Source of the DNA: an uncultured Eubacteriales bacterium
Lineage (GTDB): Bacteria > Acidobacteriota > Aminicenantia > Aminicenantales > Aminicenantaceae
Length of the DNA stretch: 64,000 nt
Direction: 5' to 3'
NCBI GenBank assembly: GCA_964557845.1
Contig: CAZLBV010000215.1
Location: 3,582-67,581 of the forward strand
The position numbers and the translations under genes were made by a program. The notes under the pieces are model-generated. The model ran no database searches. It worked only from the letters and a program-made list of their open reading frames with translations, and had not been told where the DNA came from. The first letter of the stretch is position 1. The number at the start of each line of letters is the position of its first letter. Below are positions 37,461-45,841 of the stretch, piece after piece.

Positions 37461-37805
37461 TTATTTTGCTTTTTCTTCTTTTTCAATTTTACTGATTCTT
37501 TCTGAGAGATCTTTTAGCTCCTTTTCCATTAGGTCTTTTTCCTGTTTCAAATATCCGAGTTCTTCTTCTTGTGACATCGAAGGGGCACCTGCTCCATAGG
37601 GGTACCCTGGATAACCATAACCATAGCCATAAGGATTATATCCTCCCATTGGGTATCCCCAACCGTAACCTCTTCCGTATCCGCGTCCAAATCCGTATGA
37701 CATATAACCCGGGTAAGTATATCCTGCGCAAAATCCTCTTGCACGGCCTGTCATAGATCCGAAGCCCCAAGGTCCTGTTCTATCGCCTCCTGGCATTTTC
37801 TTCAC
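37461..37805 (-). CDS. small Gly/Tyr-rich low-complexity protein with a C-terminal coiled coil (DUF5320-like)
   Basis: 114 aa. MPGGDRTGPWGFGSMTGRARGFCAGY is followed by GYG/YGY low-complexity repeats and then EEELGYLKQEKDLMEKELKDLSERISKIEKE. This matches my recollection of the DUF5320 architecture, which is commonly adjacent to NifX-like/Mrp genes. Confidence 0.5.
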   Translation of the reverse strand: MKKMPGGDRTGPWGFGSMTGRARGFCAGYTYPGYMSYGFGRGYGRGYGWGYPMGGYNPYGYGYGYPGYPYGAGAPSMSQEEELGYLKQEKDLMEKELKDLSERISKIEKEEKAK

Positions 37806-37810
37806 CTCCT

Positions 37811-38257
37811 TTATTGGCAGTTTTTACATAGACCGATAAATTCAATATTATGGTCCAATATCTTAAAAGAAAATTTAGCTTCCAATTTTTTTTCTGCTTT
37901 ATTGATAAATTCTAATTCTTCTTCAACGAATTCTCTGTAATCAATTATTTTGCCGCAGTTGGAACAGATCAAATGGTGATGATGATCAGATTTTTTTCCT
38001 GATCTGAATTCATATCTATTCTGTCCATCACCGATAGAAATTGTTTGTATCATTCCTGTTCGAGACAGTAAATCTAGTGTCCGGTATACTGTGGTAAGCC
38101 CCAGGCCAGGATAGATTTTTATCAATTCGCTATAGATGTCCTTGGCACTTAAATGCTTATTTGTCCGGATGAGCAGATCTACGATCGCCTGACGGGGTGC
38201 TGTCCACCTGCATACCTGTCCTCTGAACCGATGATGCCATTTGTTTGCTTTATACAA
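37811..38257 (-). CDS. fur: Fur-family metalloregulator (Fur/Zur/PerR)
   Basis: 148 aa with an N-terminal winged helix, HHHHLIC-x-CG and a C-terminal CxxC (LCKNCQ). Confidence 0.8.
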   Translation of the reverse strand: MYKANKWHHRFRGQVCRWTAPRQAIVDLLIRTNKHLSAKDIYSELIKIYPGLGLTTVYRTLDLLSRTGMIQTISIGDGQNRYEFRSGKKSDHHHHLICSNCGKIIDYREFVEEELEFINKAEKKLEAKFSFKILDHNIEFIGLCKNCQ

Positions 38258-38272
38258 TTTAATCTTTCCTTT

Positions 38273-38294
38273 TGATAATGAAAACCATTATCAT
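38273..38294. promoter_or_regulatory. Fur box-like operator (TGATAATGAAAACCATTATCAT) in the fur/queF divergent promoter region
   Basis: About 16 of 19 positions match the classical GATAATGATAATCATTATC palindrome. It lies 16-37 nt upstream of the fur start codon (38257, minus strand). Confidence 0.55.
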
Positions 38295-38488
38295 TAACAA
38301 ATTACCTTAGGTACACTTATTTGTCAAGTTATAATTTTACCCAAACCCCTATTTACTTGTTTTATTTCCAATCTGCAAATTTTCATTTAAAATAATATCC
38401 TGGATCAGGATCATATAGTTGAAGGTAAAATCCACCTGTTGTAAAAGATTGTCTTCATCCTTGGGTTATTATATACTTTTCAAAAGGA

Positions 38489-38899
38489 TTGAAAATGAAA
38501 GAATACGGAGAAAAAGAGGCAAAAGCAGGTCTGAGAGATGAACTGCCCTCCTTAGCGACTTTTCCCAACCAGTTTTCTGATTATGAAATAAAAATTGAAA
38601 TTCCTGAATTCACATCTATCTGCCCGAAAACAGGGCTTCCTGATTTTGGAAAACTGACTATCCAATACATACCGATCGATCTGTGTCTTGAGTTAAAATC
38701 GTTAAAAATGTATATCCTTGCTTATAGAAATCTTGGTATATTTTACGAAAATGCAGTCAACCGGATACTGGAGGATATTGTTTCGGCCTGTAAGCCCGCC
38801 CAAGCAATTGTTACAGGAGAATTCACACCCAGGGGGGGGATAAGATCCATAATTGTGGTTCATTATCCCCGAAAAAAAACATTAAAAGAGAATAATTGA
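38489..38899 (+). CDS. queF: NADPH-dependent 7-cyano-7-deazaguanine (preQ0) reductase, type I
   Basis: 136 aa with EFTSICPKTGLPDFGKL (catalytic Cys) and the QueF motif region KSLKMYILAYRN. Confidence 0.85.
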   Translation: MKMKEYGEKEAKAGLRDELPSLATFPNQFSDYEIKIEIPEFTSICPKTGLPDFGKLTIQYIPIDLCLELKSLKMYILAYRNLGIFYENAVNRILEDIVSACKPAQAIVTGEFTPRGGIRSIIVVHYPRKKTLKENN

Positions 38900-38979
38900 C
38901 AGGTTTCTGATCGGATTTAAATGGGACCAATCTTTTAGGTCGGCTGTTTATAATAACATCAATAGTTCTAAATTGATAC

Positions 38980-39912
38980 ATGACAAAATATAAAAAGATC
39001 GGATTGAGCGATGTTTTGATGTTATTAGTTGTAGTTGTATGGTCAGTTAATTTTCTGTTTGTGAAGCAATCATTGTTGGAACTCCCTCCACTTATATTCA
39101 ATGGGATCAGATTGATGGTGGCAGCTATAACGTTGCTGATATTTGCAGCTGCCGCTGGAGAGAATTTTAAGGTTAAAAAAAGAGACATATGGAAAATATT
39201 CGTTCTTGGAATCATAGGGAATACTTTTTACCAGATATTTTTCATCCTTGGCTTTGATTTGACCACAGCCTCCAATACATCTGTCATTTTAGCTATGACC
39301 CCTGTTTTTGTGGCTTTGCTGAGTACGATGATAAGACAAGAAATACTCCACTGGGCTGTTTGGATAGGAATTTTTCTTTCCTTTGTTGGTTTGTATCTTG
39401 TTATTGCGGGAAAATCAGGCACTTTTCAGGTTTCCTGGGAGTACATCCGGGGCGATGTGATCGTATTCTCTGGAGTATTTTTTTGGGCTTTTTATACCGT
39501 ATTTTCCAAGCCGATGCTGGAGAGAATATCTCCCCTGAAATGGACGGCTCTCACTATGTCTGCGGGAGCATTAATGTTCTTTTTAGTTTCCCTGAATAAA
39601 ATAATTGTTTTTGACTTCCAGGGAGTATCTCTGGGGACCTGGATAAAGTTGGGATATTCCGGTGTTTTCGCATTGGGCGTGGGCTATTTTATATGGTATT
39701 TGTCAGTAAAAAGAATTGGAAGCAGTAAGACATCTGTTTACTCCAATATGGTTCCTGTTTTTACTATTATTTTGTCCTATTTTTTTTTAAAAGAATCTGT
39801 TTCTTTCATCCAAGCTTTAGGTGCAGTCACGATCCTTACCGGAGTTTATCTTACCAGAGCTGGCGATAGATGGTTTGAACGAAAGAAAAAACTGCCGGAA
39901 TATCCATATTAA
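38980..39912 (+). CDS. DMT-superfamily (EamA-like) transporter
   Basis: 310 aa with 10 TM helices and a duplicated EamA-like architecture. Confidence 0.75.
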   Translation: MTKYKKIGLSDVLMLLVVVVWSVNFLFVKQSLLELPPLIFNGIRLMVAAITLLIFAAAAGENFKVKKRDIWKIFVLGIIGNTFYQIFFILGFDLTTASNTSVILAMTPVFVALLSTMIRQEILHWAVWIGIFLSFVGLYLVIAGKSGTFQVSWEYIRGDVIVFSGVFFWAFYTVFSKPMLERISPLKWTALTMSAGALMFFLVSLNKIIVFDFQGVSLGTWIKLGYSGVFALGVGYFIWYLSVKRIGSSKTSVYSNMVPVFTIILSYFFLKESVSFIQALGAVTILTGVYLTRAGDRWFERKKKLPEYPY

Positions 39913-41675
39913 ATCAACTTTTTTCTTATGATGATCTTTGCTAAGCGTTTGCGGATTTTTTGTAATTTCTGCGCATTATGGGAGAATGAGTAGGCATTCT
40001 TTATGAGATTTTTCATTTCAGATATTGCCTTCCTTCTGAGCCCGTTTTTCTCCAGGATGATCATATATTCATAATCCTCCATTCCCTCTCGTATCTGCTT
40101 AAGCCTGATGCTGGTTATGGGAATGTGAGTTTTTCCACCGATCTTATCAGGACTGCCCGGATAGAACAGGGTCCCGTCCCCATTGCCTCCGAAGTAATAT
40201 TGATCTTTCCACGGATTGCCTTCGGTGTAAGCATAGATAGTGCTGAAATACAGCTCTCCATAGATGTCATAAAAGAAAGTCATCCATGACATGATCCTGT
40301 TCATGACTGCAGGATGATCGATCATGTAGGAAGGATAATCGGATTCACATCGGTCATTTGGAGGCATGCCGGTGCAGCCATGGCTCATGCAGGATTGATA
40401 CCACCAGAGCTCTTTTCCCTGATAGAGGATATGGTTGTAGCTTTTCCTTAGGTTTTTATTGTAGACATTGGAATAACACAGCTTGAAGGGTTTGCCATGA
40501 ACACAGTTAACAATTGGAACCCAGATATCGATCTTATCTTTTACACCATATTTCCGGGCCTCCTGAATATCGGTGGTAACCAATGTGCGGAGGGAAGGAT
40601 CCGCCCGGTGGATCAAAGCTGCCCGGTTTATGATCAAGGTATAATCTTCAGCTGTCTGAGGCTCATCAAAGGAATAGTCAAATAAAATATCAAACCATCC
40701 TTTGTTTTTAAAATGGGTTGAAAAATCTTTCCAAAAATCAATTTTTTGGAACTCTGATTTTCCTTTTTCTGGGATCTCGGCACTCGTCATTTTTGCATTT
40801 TGCAAACCGAAGGGGAGGTCTTTGCCTTCTAAAAATGGTCGCCAGGTACGGTCGAACCGGGTGAAATCGATCGGCATAGAACCATAGATCGACCAGTCCT
40901 CATGAAATACACTACTGAGGGTTAACCGGTGCATAAGGGCAGCGTCCAGGTACTTCATGGATAAAGGAATGATATCTTCATAATGGTTATCTGGATCATT
41001 AAAGTGTCCGAAGAGGACATCCCATCCGGAAAACCCAAACGCAGTAGGCAGACTGGAGATCGAAGGCAGAGTGAAGTCCCATACCGTTACTTTAAATTCA
41101 ACCGGAATAACTGTATTCTGTTCAAGACATATGGAAATCTCTCCTTTATATAAACCTGAAGGGGTATCAGGAGGGATGAAAAGATCGACCCAGATCGCTC
41201 TGTTTTCATGAGCAGGAATATCGATCGGAAAGGCATTCCTCATCTCTCTGCTGTGGACATCTTTTCTGGGGATCAGGGCATCGGGCCACCAACCTCTAGC
41301 TCCATCATAGTTGGATTTTTTATTTACTTTGATGAGTTCTTCCCGGTAGATTTTGATGTATTTAGCTGAGATCGAAGCAGCCCCATCCAGCCGTCTCGGA
41401 ATCATATCAAGGATTTTTATTGGTCCTTCCACTGCGATCTGGAAAGATTCATATTCATTTTTGGCAGCATAGAGCTGGATCGTTTTCTTTTTTCCCACGG
41501 CTTGATGGGGGCGGATTTTTTTAGTTGAAGGGAAAAGGCCGTAAGTGACTGATTTGTTTTGGCCGTAAATATTGGATTGCACATTTAAAAAAACAATTAG
41601 GAAAAAACTAATAAATGTACACCAAAAGATCTTTTTGGCTGACCGGGATCGGGAGAAATTATCTTTAGTATTCAA
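39909..41675 (-). CDS. secreted protein, probable DUF4091-type glycoside-hydrolase-like protein
   Basis: 588 aa with a signal anchor and a large soluble domain. FDEPQ and GGNGDGTLFYPG resemble DUF4091/GH123-like families. Family assignment is tentative. Confidence 0.4.
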   Translation of the reverse strand: MNTKDNFSRSRSAKKIFWCTFISFFLIVFLNVQSNIYGQNKSVTYGLFPSTKKIRPHQAVGKKKTIQLYAAKNEYESFQIAVEGPIKILDMIPRRLDGAASISAKYIKIYREELIKVNKKSNYDGARGWWPDALIPRKDVHSREMRNAFPIDIPAHENRAIWVDLFIPPDTPSGLYKGEISICLEQNTVIPVEFKVTVWDFTLPSISSLPTAFGFSGWDVLFGHFNDPDNHYEDIIPLSMKYLDAALMHRLTLSSVFHEDWSIYGSMPIDFTRFDRTWRPFLEGKDLPFGLQNAKMTSAEIPEKGKSEFQKIDFWKDFSTHFKNKGWFDILFDYSFDEPQTAEDYTLIINRAALIHRADPSLRTLVTTDIQEARKYGVKDKIDIWVPIVNCVHGKPFKLCYSNVYNKNLRKSYNHILYQGKELWWYQSCMSHGCTGMPPNDRCESDYPSYMIDHPAVMNRIMSWMTFFYDIYGELYFSTIYAYTEGNPWKDQYYFGGNGDGTLFYPGSPDKIGGKTHIPITSIRLKQIREGMEDYEYMIILEKNGLRRKAISEMKNLIKNAYSFSHNAQKLQKIRKRLAKIIIRKKLI

Positions 41676-43642
41676 AACCCTCTCTCAGGAAAAATAGTGT
41701 ACAAATTACGGGGTTTAAAGGTTTGGATGCGGCTGTATATATTTTTAGCTTCCTGTGTCTGTCCTGTCCGGGTGTAGCAGAGAGCTAAATGGCCCAAGAT
41801 GCGGAATCTGACTTTTGGATTTTTTTCTATTTGAAGGGCAGCTTCGAAACAAAAGGCGCCTTTTTGATAGTCTCTGCTCTTAACGAAAGCATTTCCCTGG
41901 GATATAAGCTCTGGTACACCGGGAACAGAAGGATGGCTACGCGAATAAAATTCTTCTAGAAAATCTTTGAATTCCAGGGAATAAAGGTGGAAAAATTCAA
42001 GGGGTCTTTTGATCAATTTTATGGATTTATCCCTTTCTTCAGGTAAAAGAATGGGATCCCCGGATCTTAGCCTTTCCTGATAAGAAAACAGGGGCTGGAG
42101 CAGGCCTTTATCGATTGTGCCGGTAAAAATATAAAACCTTCGCTCAGGAAAGCAGGAGAAAAGTTCTTGATTATTCTTACCCTGATCCCTTGCGTAGATA
42201 ATATCATTATTCAATTCAGGATCGTTGTAAATAAACCCTGACCTCCACCAATATCCGGGGAAATATTCCATGGGATGATAGAGAAAATTCATAATAATTA
42301 AAGCATTATCCAATGAAAGTTCTCTCAAGTCTTTATGAATTTGTGATGTGGTTCCCTGGAAATCTTTATCGATATGGTAATAATACCAGTTCTGATCCTC
42401 TGGATGGATCCATTTGGGAAAATGAATGAAAAAAGCATGGATAGTTAAAAGAATTAATAGGAATATGCCGACTCTTTGAAGATTGGCGGTCGAAAGGTGT
42501 AAATTGCATCTTTTCAGAAGCTGGGGAATTTCCCTTATTCCTCTGGCACTAAGTAGAACGAATAAAGGCAAGGTCTCAAAGAAAAGCCGTGCGCCCAAAA
42601 GGATCAAGGCTGCCCAGTAAAAGAAGTTTCCCATAAAAAAACTTAAGATTCCGGCTCCCAGCAACAGATCCTTTTTTCTATATTCAGGCCGGATTTTTCT
42701 GATCAACAAAAGAGGAATTAGAGCTAAGAAAGATGAGAGCGGCCAGCCGAAAAGATGCTGGTTTATTTCTGATAAATTTTCGATGGTGTTGGTCACACCC
42801 AACATAGGTGTATGGGGGATGTCGGTAAAACCTGTTTTGTTAAATCCGACACCATGGGTCTCTCCATATCGGACAGTATACCCCATACGAAAGGGATGTC
42901 CGTTGGTGGCTTGATTATACAGCATGAGAATGGATAAGCAAATAACAGCCGCAATGATTGCCGCCGCCATATTTTTAAATTTTTTCCTTCCACAAGGAAT
43001 AGATCGCACTAGAAAATAGATCAAAAAAGGAAAGGAGAACAGAATGGTTGTATAAGGCCGAATAAGAAAAGCTGCTCCCCATCCTATTCCGGTCAGCAGT
43101 CCGTGGGTGATAGATGGGGACCGGAGCGATCGGAAAAGGAACAACAGAAAAATTAAAAGGAAAAACATGCAGGATGTGTGAGAAAGAAAAGTTGAAGACA
43201 TCAGAAGAAGCCATATAGATAATGATCCCAGTGCTGCGGTAAGTATCCCGGTTTTACGGTCGTAGATCTCTGTCCCCACCAAGTAGAAAAGTAGAATCGA
43301 TACAAATCCCAAAAAAGGATTGACCAACCAAGGTATGCTGAGAAATAAAAATGGTACAAGGAGCAATGGGAATCCAGGTGGGTATTGGCTGTACCATTTG
43401 CCGTTATTTATGATATGCGGAAAATCAAAAGATTCCTTGCTGCAGGGAGAATCAACATAAAAATGACCGGATTTAAAGATCTTGGCTTGAAAGAGGTAAC
43501 CGATTTCATCATGGATATGGGGAATATGATCAAGAACAAAATATGAGAATAATCCTGAAAATAGAAAGACAAAGAGTGCTGCAGCCAAAACATTTTTGGG
43601 GAATCCCGGTTTCTCTATATCGGTTTTTTTTGATTTAGTCAC
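41672..43642 (-). CDS. GT-C-fold membrane glycosyltransferase (ArnT/PMT family-like) with C-terminal TPR repeats
   Basis: 656 aa. It has many TM helices in the first ~400 aa, followed by a soluble C-terminal region with TPR-like repeats (GNAFVKSRDYQKGAFCFEAALQI...GHLALCYTRTGQTQEAKNIYSRI). Confidence 0.5.
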   Translation of the reverse strand: MTKSKKTDIEKPGFPKNVLAAALFVFLFSGLFSYFVLDHIPHIHDEIGYLFQAKIFKSGHFYVDSPCSKESFDFPHIINNGKWYSQYPPGFPLLLVPFLFLSIPWLVNPFLGFVSILLFYLVGTEIYDRKTGILTAALGSLSIWLLLMSSTFLSHTSCMFFLLIFLLFLFRSLRSPSITHGLLTGIGWGAAFLIRPYTTILFSFPFLIYFLVRSIPCGRKKFKNMAAAIIAAVICLSILMLYNQATNGHPFRMGYTVRYGETHGVGFNKTGFTDIPHTPMLGVTNTIENLSEINQHLFGWPLSSFLALIPLLLIRKIRPEYRKKDLLLGAGILSFFMGNFFYWAALILLGARLFFETLPLFVLLSARGIREIPQLLKRCNLHLSTANLQRVGIFLLILLTIHAFFIHFPKWIHPEDQNWYYYHIDKDFQGTTSQIHKDLRELSLDNALIIMNFLYHPMEYFPGYWWRSGFIYNDPELNNDIIYARDQGKNNQELFSCFPERRFYIFTGTIDKGLLQPLFSYQERLRSGDPILLPEERDKSIKLIKRPLEFFHLYSLEFKDFLEEFYSRSHPSVPGVPELISQGNAFVKSRDYQKGAFCFEAALQIEKNPKVRFRILGHLALCYTRTGQTQEAKNIYSRIQTFKPRNLYTIFPERGF

Positions 43643-44413
43643 AGTTTTTAACAGTTCTCCAGGACTTGTTTATAAAGCTCTTTTAATCTTTCCAACTGAT
43701 TTATGATGTTGTATTCTCTTTCGATCTCGAAAACAAGAAAATCTTTACGCATGTTTTTTTTTATCCGTTATGCCCCTTCATCAATTCCTCTAATCATATC
43801 AGAAAAAGTATATAACATATGCCCTGAACCAAGTCAAAGAGGTGCTGTAGAGGTACTGTAGATAGGGGCTAACATAAGGAGGGTTTTACTGATGCTTTGC
43901 GATAAAACACTAAATATTAAGGCAGTCTGTTTGAATTAATCTTTTAATAAAAATTATGTATACTTTAATAAAACCAAGAGGAGCTTTCCTTCGAGAAATT
44001 GACATCCAGGGCAAAGAGATTAATTTTACATGGCGGCCTGAGAGCATGTGATCTTAACAGCTATTGGCCAGGCCGGGCCCCAACTGTAAAACCGGTTTGA
44101 GAATTTAGGATAGGATTGGAGTTCTTCAGACAGGCAGACGATCTGAATGGTTTCCATTCTGGCATCCGTAATGTGAAGTCTATTTTCTTCCTCACTCACT
44201 TTCCCAGGAAAAATCAGTAGCTTTTCCAGGTATTTCCTGTTTTGGAGTGGGGATCTCTCCCCGGCCGATAAAAGATCTTGCTTTGCCCACCAGACATGCG
44301 TTTCTCGGTCACGCCTTTGCTTATTTTATGGTTTGCCATTTATAAAATAGCATGAAGCATAAATCCAGCGCATTTATTAACGAATTCAACACCGTTTATT
44401 TCAATAAACATAA

Positions 44414-45157
44414 CTATGTCCTTTTGAATCTATCTATCGTTTGTTCAGAAATAAATACTGGGTTTGTTCTTCGCAACTGAGGCATTCCCAAAATAATTTC
44501 TGGTACTTGTTCATATATCCCAAAGAGAAAAAAACCTCTATTCTCTAAGTATATTTCGAATTTTTCAAAGGCCACAAATTTTTTATTGTTTGGGTTCATA
44601 CCGGCCTCAACCTGTACGAAATCAATCTTTTGTTGACTTAACATTTCTTGTGCACCTTTAAGAACCTCAAAATCATATCCCTCGGTGTCTATTTTTAAGA
44701 ACCCAATTTTTTTAATTTTTTGTCTAGAACAAAAATCGTCAATGGTGTCTATTTCAACATTTTCTATTTGTGTATTCGTCGTAGAGTAATTCACTATTGG
44801 GTTAAGAGAACTAAATAATGATTCTGCCGCTACATAAATATTGCTCCAGCCTTTTGAACTCCCGAGTGCCTTCTTAAAGCAATGCACATTAACAAAACTA
44901 ATTACATTTCTTTCAAGCTCAGAAAAAGTTGTACTTACTGGCTCAAAACAATAAATCTGGGATCCGGGAAAACCAGTTAAATATTGTTTCGTCGTTTGGC
45001 CAATGTTTGCACCAACATCAAAAATTATGTCCGGTACGTAACCCGGAAGCAAAATTTTAATATCATTTAGTAAATCGGTTCCATGCGGAATTATTTTATA
45101 TATATGTAGATGGGTCAACCGCTCTATCAATTTTTTAATTTTTCCTTTTAAGGTCAT
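44414..45157 (-). CDS. FkbM-family SAM-dependent methyltransferase
   Basis: 247 aa with FDVGANIGQTT (motif I) and KIDTEGYDFEVLKGA, typical of FkbM. Confidence 0.7.
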   Translation of the reverse strand: MTLKGKIKKLIERLTHLHIYKIIPHGTDLLNDIKILLPGYVPDIIFDVGANIGQTTKQYLTGFPGSQIYCFEPVSTTFSELERNVISFVNVHCFKKALGSSKGWSNIYVAAESLFSSLNPIVNYSTTNTQIENVEIDTIDDFCSRQKIKKIGFLKIDTEGYDFEVLKGAQEMLSQQKIDFVQVEAGMNPNNKKFVAFEKFEIYLENRGFFLFGIYEQVPEIILGMPQLRRTNPVFISEQTIDRFKRT

Positions 45158-45172
45158 TTTTTAAAATTTTTT

Positions 45173-45841
45173 CTAAATTTTAAAACAATTATCGTTCCGG
45201 TAAAATATTGATGTACACCAACAATAATTATTTATTGGTCCTAAACCTTTAAAATCAATGAATTTAAAACCATTATGCTTAAGAAACCGGATTCCTTCTT
45301 GATAGGCATCTCTTTCACTGTTGTCTAAAATAACGATCCCACTATTAGTAAGAGCTCCAAGAGAATTCTTTATGCAATTAACTCTATCCCGGCCATCGAT
45401 GACAACAATTTCAAACTTTTTTTGGTATTTCTTGATCACTTCAGCATATCCCCCATCGACTAATTCACAGAATAGGTATTCTACATTTGGAGGAATTTTG
45501 TTCTTCATTATATTATACCACTCAATATCATGCTCACACGCTTTGACCTCAGTCACGCGAACACTCCACCATAGAGTAGAATTTCCACTTCCGTATTCAA
45601 ATACTTTCATATTTAAATTCACTTTTTTTTCTAGAAAATAAATTGCAGAGTAAGTAAACCAGGATAAAGGACAGCCATTTTTATCCACAGGTAATCCTAC
45701 TATGCGGCTTTTTAACCAACCAATATTTTCAAAGTAATGACGCAGCCGGTAAAGAGATATAATCTTCATTCCCGTTCTGTTCTTTTTTATCATGCCGAAA
45801 ATCGCTTTTCTTATCAAATGCCTCATTGAAAATGATCCCAA
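45173..45841 (-). CDS. class I SAM-dependent methyltransferase-like protein
   Basis: 222 aa with a glycine-rich motif-I-like VFEYGSGNST and an acidic motif II (VVIDG). Confidence 0.5.
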   Translation of the reverse strand: MGSFSMRHLIRKAIFGMIKKNRTGMKIISLYRLRHYFENIGWLKSRIVGLPVDKNGCPLSWFTYSAIYFLEKKVNLNMKVFEYGSGNSTLWWSVRVTEVKACEHDIEWYNIMKNKIPPNVEYLFCELVDGGYAEVIKKYQKKFEIVVIDGRDRVNCIKNSLGALTNSGIVILDNSERDAYQEGIRFLKHNGFKFIDFKGLGPINNYCWCTSIFYRNDNCFKI

